From Candidatus Omnitrophota bacterium (GTDB lineage: Bacteria; Omnitrophota; Gorgyraeia; Duberdicusellales; 4484-171): a DNA stretch of 32,000 bases. Location: positions 1 through 32,000 of the forward strand of contig JAIPHU010000002.1 of assembly GCA_021735045.1 (NCBI GenBank), read 5' to 3'. Position 1 is the first letter of the stretch, and every line of letters starts with the position of its first letter. Below are positions 24,834-32,000 of the stretch, in pieces. The translations under genes and the position numbers were made by a program. The notes under the pieces were generated by a model, which saw only the letters and a list, made by a program, of their open reading frames with translations, was not told the DNA's origin and made no database searches.

Positions 24834-26276
24834 ATGAAAGAAAAAATAGCTGTTGTTGGTGCTGGAGTTGGGGGGTTGGCGACTGCAGCAAGGCTTAGTT
24901 ACCTCGGTTATGAGGTAGAAGTCTATGAAAAACTTTCTGAGTGTGGGGGAAGGGCTCATCTAATTGAAGATAGAGGGTTTAAGTTTGATACAGGGCCTTC
25001 TTTTGTGCTGATGCCAGATTTTTTTAAAGAAGTTTTTGATTTTTGTAAAAAGGATATATCTGATTATCTTAATCTCGTTACCCTAGATACTAATTATAAA
25101 ATATTTTACCCAACTGGAAAAACTTTAACTATTTACCAAGATAAAGCTAAAACGGAAGCAGAGCTAGAAAAAATAGAACCAGGTGCGAGTTTTGGCTATA
25201 ATCAGTTCCTTCAAGATACAAGAAAAATTTATCAAGCTGTTAAACCTTTACTTTATCATTGCTTCTCTAAGGCTGACCTGTTTAAACCTTCTACTTGGGC
25301 TCTTATCAAAAAGTTAGATATCGGTAAAACTTATTGGCAACTTGCTAATAAATATTTTAAGAGTCCGGAGCTTTGTTATGCTTTTACCTTTGAAGCTATG
25401 TTTATTGGAGTCTCTCCTTTTTCTACACCATCTTTTTATAGTGTTATCACTTATTCGGATCATGTAGAAAAAATACGTCACCCGATTGGAGGAATGTATC
25501 AAATACCTCTAGCTTTAGAAAAAATGGCTAAGGAGTTTGGAGCAAAGTTCCATTACAATTTCAAAGTAGATGAAATAAAAAAAGAAAATAGATTTTTGAT
25601 TATGTCTGGAGAAAAAAAAGAGGCAGCAGACAAAGTTGTGGTTAACACAGATTGGTCATATACTCAGCAAAATATTTTAAAAAGGAAAATACCCAAGTTG
25701 AAATACTCGTGTTCAGTTTATCTGATTTATCTTGGTCTTACTAAAAAGGTAGAAGCGCTAGAACACCATAATTTATTTTTTGCAAAAGACTTACCTAAAA
25801 ATCTTGCTGATATTTTTACCAACTCGAATATACCCGAGGACCCTTCATTTTATATCCATGTACCAACTCGTACTGATTCAAGCCTGGCCCCGGAAGCAAA
25901 AGATATTGCTTATATTTTGGTGCCCGTACCAAATTTAGAAAAAAAGTATTGTTTTAAAGATCATGAACAAAAGGTTAGAGATATAATATTTAATATTGTA
26001 AAAGATAAACTAGGCATAGATCTTAGAGATTTAATTGAAATAGAGCATCGTTTTTATCCAGATGATTTTATCGAAAAATATAATATTTTAAATGCAGCTA
26101 CTTTTGGCCTTTCGCATAATTTTCTTCAAAGCGCATTTTTTAGGCCCACTAATTTTGACTCAAAATATAAGGGACTTTATCATGTGGGGGCAAGTACTCA
26201 ACCAGGCGGAGGGCTTCCTACTGTTTTAGCTAGCTCTAAGATTGTAACTGATTTGATAGCTTCTGGCCGGCCTTAA
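24834..26276 (+). CDS. crtI: Phytoene desaturase family FAD-dependent oxidoreductase
   Basis: N-terminal dinucleotide fold IAVVGAGVGGLATAARL...E.YEK....GGRA. C-terminal GASTQPGGGLPTVLASSKI signature of CrtI-family desaturases. Confidence 0.85.
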   Translation: MKEKIAVVGAGVGGLATAARLSYLGYEVEVYEKLSECGGRAHLIEDRGFKFDTGPSFVLMPDFFKEVFDFCKKDISDYLNLVTLDTNYKIFYPTGKTLTIYQDKAKTEAELEKIEPGASFGYNQFLQDTRKIYQAVKPLLYHCFSKADLFKPSTWALIKKLDIGKTYWQLANKYFKSPELCYAFTFEAMFIGVSPFSTPSFYSVITYSDHVEKIRHPIGGMYQIPLALEKMAKEFGAKFHYNFKVDEIKKENRFLIMSGEKKEAADKVVVNTDWSYTQQNILKRKIPKLKYSCSVYLIYLGLTKKVEALEHHNLFFAKDLPKNLADIFTNSNIPEDPSFYIHVPTRTDSSLAPEAKDIAYILVPVPNLEKKYCFKDHEQKVRDIIFNIVKDKLGIDLRDLIEIEHRFYPDDFIEKYNILNAATFGLSHNFLQSAFFRPTNFDSKYKGLYHVGASTQPGGGLPTVLASSKIVTDLIASGRP

Positions 26277-27112
26277 CCAATATTTTTAATTTTTTTAACA
26301 ACAGATTTTATGATATTTTCTGGAGTGGAGGCTCCTGCTGTTATCCCCACTGACTTTATATTTTTAAACCAATGTGGGCTAATTTTTTTCTCATTTTCTA
26401 TCCAATAAGTCTTGGGGTTTATTTTCCTAGATATCTGATAAAGTCGTTTAGTGTTAGCGCTTGCTTTTGAGCCAATGATTAAGACCAATTCATTCTGATA
26501 AGACATTGTTTTTATCTCATTTTGTTTTTGACGAGTTGGTTTACAGATTGTATCTATAAATTTTAAATGAGGGATATATTTTTTTATTTTGTAAACAATA
26601 TTTTTTACTTCATCGATATTTTGAGTTGATTGACTAATCACAACAGCTTTTTTTAAACCTTTTAGCATTTTTTTTTCTATCTTAACTTTTGGGTTAAATA
26701 CTAGCGGTTCTTTATCTAGTTGTCCCACTATACCCTGTACTTCGTCGTGTTTTTTATCTCCAATGATAATTATTTTATAACCTTTGTTTTGGTATTGTTT
26801 AGCAATTTGATGGATTTCTTTTACCATCGGGCAAGTTGCATCAATAATCTTATAGCCGAGTTTTTTCGCCTTTCTATAAGTTGATTTTGGTGCTCCATGG
26901 GCCCGGATCAGGAGGGTTTTATCTTTTCCGTTAGTTAACTTATTGATTTTTTTAATCCCCATTTTTTTGATTTGCTTGACAACTTCTTCGTTGTGGACTA
27001 TATCGCCAAGCATATCAATTTTGGCACAATTTTTTACAGCTTCATCAGCAATGATTAAAGCTTGTTTTACCCCCAAACAAAAACCCGCGGATTTTGCAAT
27101 GTTTATTTTCAT
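26273..27112 (-). CDS. ispH: 4-hydroxy-3-methylbut-2-enyl diphosphate reductase
   Basis: AGFCLGVKQAL, GDIVHNEEVV, IRAHG, ATCPMVKEIH, GDKKHDEVQG, ITAGASTPE: the three Cys ligands and conserved His typical of IspH/LytB. Confidence 0.9.
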   Translation of the reverse strand: MKINIAKSAGFCLGVKQALIIADEAVKNCAKIDMLGDIVHNEEVVKQIKKMGIKKINKLTNGKDKTLLIRAHGAPKSTYRKAKKLGYKIIDATCPMVKEIHQIAKQYQNKGYKIIIIGDKKHDEVQGIVGQLDKEPLVFNPKVKIEKKMLKGLKKAVVISQSTQNIDEVKNIVYKIKKYIPHLKFIDTICKPTRQKQNEIKTMSYQNELVLIIGSKASANTKRLYQISRKINPKTYWIENEKKISPHWFKNIKSVGITAGASTPENIIKSVVKKIKNIG

Positions 27113-27972
27113 AAGTATTTAAAATTAAGTACAGTCGATAAACTAATTAATATTTTATCTGAAATAGTAGTATAGGCTCGTTTTTTAAAAATATTATATT
27201 GATTTTGTTCAATTTTATCAAGTATAGCTGCATAAATATTTTTCATAAGATATATTGTTAATCGGCAACGGCATCCAGTTATAAACTTTATTCCTTTTTC
27301 TGATTCTTGGTAAAGCTTCCGGGCTTTGTTTATTTGAAATTTCATAAAATTGACAAAATTGTCATCTACTATTTCTTTCTTCAAGTTGTTTTGGCTGATA
27401 TTAAATTTTTTGAGGTCGTCTTTTGGCAAATAGATCCGGCCTCGCTTAAAGTCTTCTTTTATATCCCGTAAGATATTTGTTAGTTGCATAGCGACTCCAA
27501 GGTCTATCGCATATTTTTTAGCGCTCTTGTTTTTAAAGCCAAAGATATAGAGCATAATTAATCCTACAACTCCAGCTACTCTGTAACAATATTTGTAAAG
27601 TTGATCATAGTTTGTGTAGGTATTTTTTTCTAAATCCATCTGCATGCCTTCGTTTAGATGGTCAAAATATTCTTTTGGTATATTATAGGAGTTGATAGTT
27701 TTTCTAAATGCAGAAAGTAAACTTGAGTTTGGTGGTTGAGATAAATAGGCAGCATCAATATTATTTTTTATTTGCTCTAATTTTTTTCGATTTCCTAGGC
27801 TGTTATCTACGCTATCGTCGCTAATTCTACAAATGGCATAGATAGCATAAGCGCTTTTTTTCTTTTGAAAGTTAAGTAGAATAGAGGCGAAGTAGAAGGA
27901 TTTTGCATTTTTTTTAGTTATTTTCTTTGCTAATTTAAATCCTTGGTCAATCTTTGTATTTTTTTTTAACAT
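27109..27972 (-). CDS. crtB: Phytoene (squalene/phytoene family) synthase
   Basis: YAICRISDDSVD and NILRDIKEDFKRGRIYLP Asp-rich motifs, YCYRVAGVVG. 4-nt overlap with the ispH start. Confidence 0.9.
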   Translation of the reverse strand: MLKKNTKIDQGFKLAKKITKKNAKSFYFASILLNFQKKKSAYAIYAICRISDDSVDNSLGNRKKLEQIKNNIDAAYLSQPPNSSLLSAFRKTINSYNIPKEYFDHLNEGMQMDLEKNTYTNYDQLYKYCYRVAGVVGLIMLYIFGFKNKSAKKYAIDLGVAMQLTNILRDIKEDFKRGRIYLPKDDLKKFNISQNNLKKEIVDDNFVNFMKFQINKARKLYQESEKGIKFITGCRCRLTIYLMKNIYAAILDKIEQNQYNIFKKRAYTTISDKILISLSTVLNFKYL

Positions 27973-28075
27973 GTCTTTATTTTAAGATTAAGGGCAATAT
28001 ATGCAAGTAAAATAACTATCGTCTTAATCAGCAGAGAAAGGTTGATTTTGTTATTAATTGGTTTAAAATATTTGT

Positions 28076-28384
28076 ATGTCTGAATATGCATTAATCCTGT
28101 TTTTTTCTTTAGTTTTGCCCCTTTTTTTGAGTTTTTATCGGCCGCTTAAATTTTACCAAAAGATTAAGCCACTTTTTCTCTCGATATTTTTTATTCTGAT
28201 TATCTTTGGCGGTTGGGATATCTGGGCGACTTATCGGGGCCATTGGTATTTTAACTCTCAATATATTTGGAGCCCAAAAATATTTAATTTACCTTTAGAA
28301 GAAGTTCTTTTTTTTATAGTTGTACCATTTTGTTCTATCTTTAGCTGGGAAGTAATTTTATTTTTTAAAAGAAAATTAAGATGA
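28076..28384 (+). CDS. crtYc: Lycopene cyclase domain protein, heterodimeric-type subunit
   Basis: ~100-aa three-TM protein with the PLEEVLFF (PxE-E/D) motif of CrtYc/Yd-type cyclases. Confidence 0.8.
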   Translation: MSEYALILFFSLVLPLFLSFYRPLKFYQKIKPLFLSIFFILIIFGGWDIWATYRGHWYFNSQYIWSPKIFNLPLEEVLFFIVVPFCSIFSWEVILFFKRKLR

Positions 28385-28695
28385 AAGAATATACATTAAT
28401 TAGCTTGGGTTCGATAGTTATCACTTTTTTATTAGAAAAACTGCTAAAAACTGGTTTATTTAAAAAAATTGAATATTATATTTATTTAATTTTTATTATG
28501 GCTGCTGAGTTAATAGTTAATGGGTTGATTACCTCAAAAGGAATTGTAAAATATAATTCTGATTTTTATCTTGGTATCAAAGTTGGTAGTATTCCTGTGG
28601 AAGATTTTTTCTTTGGGTTTAGCATGGTGACAACCACGATAATGTTTTGGGAATTTTTTAAAAGGCGCCTTAAGCAGGAGAGAAGCTATGAATAG
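28381..28695 (+). CDS. crtYd: Lycopene cyclase domain protein, second subunit
   Basis: IPVEDFFFGF motif, three TM segments. ATGA overlap with crtYc. Confidence 0.8.
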   Translation: MKEYTLISLGSIVITFLLEKLLKTGLFKKIEYYIYLIFIMAAELIVNGLITSKGIVKYNSDFYLGIKVGSIPVEDFFFGFSMVTTTIMFWEFFKRRLKQERSYE

Positions 28696-29569
28696 GATTA
28701 GCCAAGTATTTTTGTTTGTTTTTATCGGCATAGTTACCTTTAATTTATGTTTTGGCCTAAATTGGATAAATTTACATAACCAAGCCGATAAAATAAATTT
28801 AGAGCAAGCAAAGGAGGAGGTTTTAGCAAGTTCTGATTCTATACCAGAACTATATACTTTAGCTTTGGCCTATCTCAATCAATATGAAGCAAAAAAGGCA
28901 AAAAAAAGTTTTGAAAAAATTCTTAATTTAGATTCATCTAATCTGATGGCAAAGTGGGGTCAAATTGAATCTTTACGACGTTTGCATCAGTGCAGTAGTT
29001 GCATAAAAGAGCTAGAAAATATTATTAAAAAAAAGCCAAGTTTTGCTCCTGCCTATATTACCCTTGCTTATCTCTACTATACAAATATGGATTTTGAAAC
29101 AACTTCAAGGCTTTGCTATAAGGTAATAAAGATGGGTAAAGATAAGGTAGACACATCTAACTATTTAAGAGCCTTAGGCCTTTTTGCTGGAGCAAAAGGG
29201 ATGATTGCTCATTACGGAGGGCCTTTATCTAAAGTTATTAATGGCCGTTCTGTAATGCCTTATTTACAAAAAGCAAAAAAAATGGATCCAGATTCACCGA
29301 TTGTTTATTTTGGTTTAGGTAGTTATTATATGCTTATTCCTCCTATCTTTGGGAGAAACTTGGAAAAGTCCCAATATTACCTCCAGAAAGCAATTGATTC
29401 TGACCCAAAGTTTGCTGATATTTATGTAAGGCTGGCTCAAGTTTATCGCGCTCAAGGCAATATGGATAAGTATGATCAATATCTAAATAAAGCTTTAGAT
29501 ATAGATCCAAAAAATGAACTTGCCTTAGATATAAAAACACGAAAATGTGATTTTATTTGTATTGATTAG
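28688..29569 (+). CDS. Signal-anchored TPR-repeat protein, unknown function
   Basis: N-terminal hydrophobic segment. TPR-like repeats (AYLNQYEAKKAKKSFEKILNLDSSN, YVRLAQVYRAQGNMDKYDQYLNKALDIDPKN). 8-nt overlap with crtYd. Confidence 0.7.
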   Translation: MNRISQVFLFVFIGIVTFNLCFGLNWINLHNQADKINLEQAKEEVLASSDSIPELYTLALAYLNQYEAKKAKKSFEKILNLDSSNLMAKWGQIESLRRLHQCSSCIKELENIIKKKPSFAPAYITLAYLYYTNMDFETTSRLCYKVIKMGKDKVDTSNYLRALGLFAGAKGMIAHYGGPLSKVINGRSVMPYLQKAKKMDPDSPIVYFGLGSYYMLIPPIFGRNLEKSQYYLQKAIDSDPKFADIYVRLAQVYRAQGNMDKYDQYLNKALDIDPKNELALDIKTRKCDFICID

Positions 29570-29573
29570 AAAG

Positions 29574-30617
29574 TTATTCTTGAGTCAGTAGGGGCAGAAA
29601 ATAATTGTTTAATGCTTTCTTGTAAGATTTTTTCATTGCTAGTTGATCAAGTATTTTTTGGCTTTTTTTGATCAAGTTTTGAATGTCTTTTTTAGCCAAG
29701 TTAAGGGAGTTTGACTGAAGGATAAGTTTTTGGATTAAGGCGAGATCCTTTTTGTTAATTTGTTCTTTTAAGAGTAAATCTTTAATTTTAACCTGTTGTT
29801 TTTTCCGGCTTTTATTGTAAGCATAAAATATAAGTAAGGTCTTTTTTGCTTCTTGCAGATCAGAGGTTTGCGATTTTCCTGTTTTTTTCTCATCGCCAAA
29901 AATTCCCAAAATATCATCTTTTATTTGAAAAGCTCTTCCTAAACATTTTCCGTAAGCATTTATCTTATCTATTTCTTTTTTATTGACTCCTGCTAAAATT
30001 GCTCCGGTTGAAAGAGGACAGGAAAAAGTATAGAAAGCTGTTTTGTAGTCATATATTTTATAGATATCAGATTTTTTCAGTTTATTTAGGGGCTTAATCC
30101 CATTGATCAGTTCAATGAATTCACCGGATCCAGTAAATATGGCTGCTTTAACAAAGTTACGCAAAGCTTTTTCTTTTCGTCCAAAATTTTCTTTAATTGA
30201 CAAGAAAGCATTGATTGCCAGCGCATAAACAATATCTCCAACTACAATTCCCAGATCATTACCGTTAAATTTTGCTTTTTTGTTTTTAGCTAAATAATTA
30301 TCAAACATTGCATGCATCGAGGGTTTGCCACGGCGGGTTTCTGACTTATCAATTATATCATCATGGATTAGCATAAAGTTGTGAAGTAGTTCTATCGAAA
30401 GCGCACTTTGGTAAAGTCCGGCTGCGGATTTATTTTTATAGCCTTGGTAACCAACTATAAATAAGATAGGTCGGATTCTTTTTCCCTTGCGGAGGCTAAA
30501 ATCTTTAATTTTATTAAAAAGAATCGGTGAGATAGAAGATAAAGAGTAGTCTTTATCTAGTTTGGCGAGGAAACCAGAAAGATTCTTATCAATTTTCTTT
30601 TTTATTTTTAAAAACAT
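29574..30617 (-). CDS. Polyprenyl diphosphate synthase (probably GGPP synthase, CrtE/IdsA-like; chain length not determinable)
   Basis: First Asp-rich motif LIHDDIID and second FQIKDDILG, followed by GKSQTSDL. Confidence 0.9.
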   Translation of the reverse strand: MFLKIKKKIDKNLSGFLAKLDKDYSLSSISPILFNKIKDFSLRKGKRIRPILFIVGYQGYKNKSAAGLYQSALSIELLHNFMLIHDDIIDKSETRRGKPSMHAMFDNYLAKNKKAKFNGNDLGIVVGDIVYALAINAFLSIKENFGRKEKALRNFVKAAIFTGSGEFIELINGIKPLNKLKKSDIYKIYDYKTAFYTFSCPLSTGAILAGVNKKEIDKINAYGKCLGRAFQIKDDILGIFGDEKKTGKSQTSDLQEAKKTLLIFYAYNKSRKKQQVKIKDLLLKEQINKKDLALIQKLILQSNSLNLAKKDIQNLIKKSQKILDQLAMKKSYKKALNNYFLPLLTQE

Positions 30618-30723
30618 TAATTTATGATAGCATATAAAAAAATAAAAACAATTATTTTGAAAAATTATTATAAAAAAAAGATTATTAGTATTTATTTGCT
30701 AAAATTAAAATAATTAAATAAAT

Positions 30724-30753
30724 TTGCAAAACCTATCTTGATTGCGGTAGAAT
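30724..30753 (+). promoter_or_regulatory. Candidate promoter (TTGCAA-18 nt-TAGAAT) for the suf operon
   Basis: Hexamers read directly in the 172-nt divergent intergenic region. Confidence 0.3.
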
Positions 30754-30789
30754 AAATGTCCAAAATAAGTAGCTGGATAAGGTATTACT

Positions 30790-31533
30790 ATGGAAACTAT
30801 ACTAAAAATTAGAAATTTAACAGTCGAGGTTGAAGGTAAGGCTATTTTGCGTAACCTGGACCTTGATATTGCAAAAAATCAAAACCTTATTCTGTTTGGC
30901 CCGAATGGTTCTGGAAAATCAACTTTAATTGGGGCGATTATGGGGTTTGAAAACTATAAAGTAACTTCAGGGACTATTGAGTTTTCCGGTAAAAATATTA
31001 TCGGTTTAACTCCTGACCAGCGAGCAAGGCTGGGGATTGGGGTTATGTTTCAACATCCTCCTAAAATTAGAGGCATTCAGCTCAAGCAATTTATCGAGCT
31101 ACTTTCTGATAAAAGTAACAATAGCAAAGAAAAAGATAGTTTAGTTGAAACTTTAAATTTAAGCTATTTACTCGATCGGGATCTAAATGTAGATCTATCT
31201 GGAGGCGAGATTAAACGTTCTGAGTTGTTCCAAGTTTTGGTTCAAAGGCCTAAGTTATTGCTTTTAGACGAACCAGAATCAGGAGTTGATTTAGAAAACA
31301 TTGCGCTGATGGGTAAAGCATTGAATTCTTATCTTAAACGCCATAAACTTTCTGCATTAATTATAAGTCACACTGGCTATATTTTAGAATATATAAAAAC
31401 TAAGTATGCTTGTGTGATGCTTGAAGGTAAAGTTTGCTGTCATGACAATCCTACCAAAATTTTCTCTGAAATTAAAAGTGTAGGTTATGAGAGATGTAAA
31501 GATTGTCGATGTAGAAGTGGAATTAAAAAATAA
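30790..31533 (+). CDS. sufC: Fe-S cluster assembly ATPase SufC
   Basis: Walker A GPNGSGKST, ABC signature LSGGEIKRSE, Walker B LLLLDEPESGVD, H-loop ISHTG. Followed by a SufB/D-like gene. Confidence 0.85.
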   Translation: METILKIRNLTVEVEGKAILRNLDLDIAKNQNLILFGPNGSGKSTLIGAIMGFENYKVTSGTIEFSGKNIIGLTPDQRARLGIGVMFQHPPKIRGIQLKQFIELLSDKSNNSKEKDSLVETLNLSYLLDRDLNVDLSGGEIKRSELFQVLVQRPKLLLLDEPESGVDLENIALMGKALNSYLKRHKLSALIISHTGYILEYIKTKYACVMLEGKVCCHDNPTKIFSEIKSVGYERCKDCRCRSGIKK

Positions 31534-31534
31534 T

Positions 31535-32000
31535 TATGACTAAAAAAATTAATCATAATTTCAATCAAGAAGATCAAGACAAAATTAAAAAAACTGGGCT
31601 TGATTTTTCGCAAAAAACTCGTTCAGCTTCTTTTATTCAACAAGATAATGATATTTTGTTCAATAAATCATTGCTTGACGGTATTGAAATTGAACCAATT
31701 GAGGCAGCTTTGAATAAATATCCTCAGATAAAAGAAAAATATTACGGAAAAGCTTTTAAGGAACTAAATAAAGAATATCCTAAAGAGACAGTTGGTGGTT
31801 ATTTTATCAGAATAAAAAAAGGCAAAAAAGTCGAATTTCCAATTCAATCTTGTTTGTTTTTAAAAAATAAAAAATTTAAACAAAAAGTTCATAATATAAT
31901 TGTTGCTGAAGAAGGTGCTCAGGCTCATATCATAACCGGTTGTGCTTCAGCTAAAGCAGCAGAAGAGGCATATCATTTAGGAATCTCAGAGTTTTTTGTA
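31535..32000 (+). CDS. SufB/SufD-family Fe-S assembly protein, 3' end beyond window
   Basis: My own translation from ATG 31535 is open to the window end: MTKKINHNFNQED...VHNIIVAEEGAQAHIITGCASAKAAEEAYHLGISEFFV. The last segment resembles the SufB/D beta-helix core. Starts 1 nt after the sufC stop. Confidence 0.7.

Noticed and set aside
3401-29540. Remaining short ORFs antisense to annotated genes (3401-3769, 6479-6664, 7937-8209, 10150-10482, 10822-11070, 16671-16904, 18457-18657, 18706-18894, 20763-21002, 21429-21620, 21678-21959, 22418-22609, 24765-24959, 25314-25502, 28534-28731, 29343-29540)
   Set aside because: All lie wholly or mostly within, and opposite to, genes with clear family motifs. 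None has a recognisable motif or RBS.

Overview
AT-rich, gene-dense 32 kb window, mostly coding on the + strand. It looks like an uncultivated diderm (outer-membrane-bearing) bacterium; taxonomy cannot be fixed from sequence alone. All family calls come from motif recognition by eye; no database search was run.

Gene content in order:
- 5'-truncated RND efflux pump.
- Patatin-like lipase, BI-1/YccA-like membrane protein and a tiny membrane protein, apparently one operon.
- Macro-domain protein and an RlpA-like protein.
- Stand-alone '23S rRNA IVS / Avd-like' four-helix-bundle gene bracketed by a 36-nt imperfect inverted repeat, followed by a NYN/LabA nuclease-like gene.
- Signalling cluster: REC, HK, PAS-HK-PilZ, two tiny overlapping ORFs, REC.
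- An EF-G gene outside any ribosomal-protein operon.
- Tightly packed 7-gene array: TPR+beta-barrel outer-membrane protein, cellulose-synthase-like GT2 with a degenerate PilZ-like tail, GH26-like hydrolase, a second copy of the tiny ORF pair, a large multi-domain HK, and a REC.
- RRM RNA-binding protein, a TM-helix-repeat membrane protein, DUF493 and a PNPOx-like protein.
- Carotenoid cluster: crtI, ispH-crtB, crtYc-crtYd-TPR, polyprenyl synthase.
- Start of a suf operon: sufC and a partial sufB/D.

No rRNA, tRNA, CRISPR array, transposase or integrase was seen.

The best candidate for an undescribed system is a four-part signalling module made of small helical protein A, small helical protein B, a histidine kinase and a receiver-only regulator. 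It occurs twice in the window with permuted gene order. One copy is translationally fused into a compact synthase-dependent exopolysaccharide operon. The A/B pair reads like a split, partly degenerate ferritin/rubrerythrin-like four-helix bundle.
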